From an uncultured Candidatus Rokubacteria bacterium (GTDB taxonomy: Bacteria; Methylomirabilota; Methylomirabilia; Rokubacteriales; CSP1-6): DNA of 64,000 nt. Each line of letters starts with the position of its first letter. Position 1 is the stretch's first letter. The notes beneath the pieces are model-generated. The model was not told the origin of the DNA, did no database searches, and worked only from the letters and a program-made list of their open reading frames with translations. This document shows positions 63,429 to 64,000 of this stretch, in pieces. Where the stretch lies: the NCBI GenBank assembly GCA_963762145.1, contig CAVXJS010000010.1:128001-192000 (forward strand). The letters are read 5' to 3'. The position numbers were made by a program, and so were the translations under genes.

Positions 63429-63559
63429 ATGGGCCTCCTGCGACCGGATACTGCGATGCGAGCGGGGTACTGTCAAGACGCCCGTGATCGCGGTACTGTA
63501 TGCAGCGAGTGAGCCAGCAGCCGGCAGCCAACTTCTCCTAACCCACAGGAGGTGCGTCC

Positions 63560-63781
63560 ATGCCCGTCAAGGTGACCATCCGGCCCAACGGCCCGTATCT
63601 GGTGGAAGGCGAGATCGAGGTGGTAGACGTCGACGGCAACAAGGTCGACACGAGCGCCCGGGGCGCGCGGATCGCGCTGTGCCGGTGTGGGGCCTCGGTC
63701 ACCAAGCCCTTCTGCGACGGGACCCACAGCAAGATCGGCTTCCAGGCCGCGGAAGCGGCTGTCGCCCAGGAAAAGAAGTAG
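63560..63781 (+). CDS. CDGSH iron-sulfur domain protein
   Basis: NGPYLV, LCRCGASVTKPFCDGTH. Confidence 0.93.
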   Translation: MPVKVTIRPNGPYLVEGEIEVVDVDGNKVDTSARGARIALCRCGASVTKPFCDGTHSKIGFQAAEAAVAQEKK

Positions 63782-63804
63782 GGCCGCCAGCCGTCCGGGA
63801 GCAC

Positions 63805-64000
63805 ATGAACGAAGCCGCCTGGCCCAGCCTGCCGCTCGCGGAATGGCAGGCGACCCACGACACGCTGCACATGTGGATGCAGGTCGTGGGCAAGACGCGG
63901 CTGGCGCTCGCGCCCCGGCAGAACCACTGGTGGCACGTCCCGTTCTACCTGACGTCCCGGGGGCTGACGACGACCCCGATGCCGTACGGGCTGCGAACGC
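63805..64000 (+). CDS. DUF5996-family protein (runs off window)
   Basis: Manual translation MNEAAWPSLPLAEWQATHDTLHMWMQVVGKTRLALAPRQNHWWHVPFYLTSRGLTT. Confidence 0.8.
   Translation, partial: MNEAAWPSLPLAEWQATHDTLHMWMQVVGKTRLALAPRQNHWWHVPFYLTSRGLTTTPMPYGLRT

Overview
High-GC bacterial DNA, probably from a long-read or metagenomic assembly: it has scattered single-base indels, which become very dense between about 17.9 and 32.5 kb. Gene content and the CCCTCTCCCC..GGGGAGAGGG palindromes resemble Rokubacteria/Methylomirabilota-type genomes, which is an inference only. The backbone is catabolic: two hydantoinase/oxoprolinase A/B pairs, a Liv-type and two Dpp-type ABC systems, two convergent amidohydrolase + LLM oxidoreductase + nitrilase triads, dadA, ComDE-like decarboxylase, TreS, TauD and SDR. 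Two accessory regions interrupt it. (1) 8.3-13.1 kb is a toxin-antitoxin/IS patchwork wedged between livM and hyuA, bounded by duplicated gene ends. (2) About 17.7-35.4 kb is a defence island with an unnamed 2OG-Fe(II) dioxygenase + HEPN(RX4H)/Zn-ribbon gene pair, a type I R-M system, a type III-like retron (PRTase-wHTH effector invisible in the ORF track, structured ncRNA, RT), more TA modules, a tyrosine recombinase and a complete IS481 element. A recurring oddity is that accessory cassettes sit next to orphan copies of the 3' end of a neighbouring gene that differ mostly at synonymous sites. No rRNA, tRNA or CRISPR array was seen.
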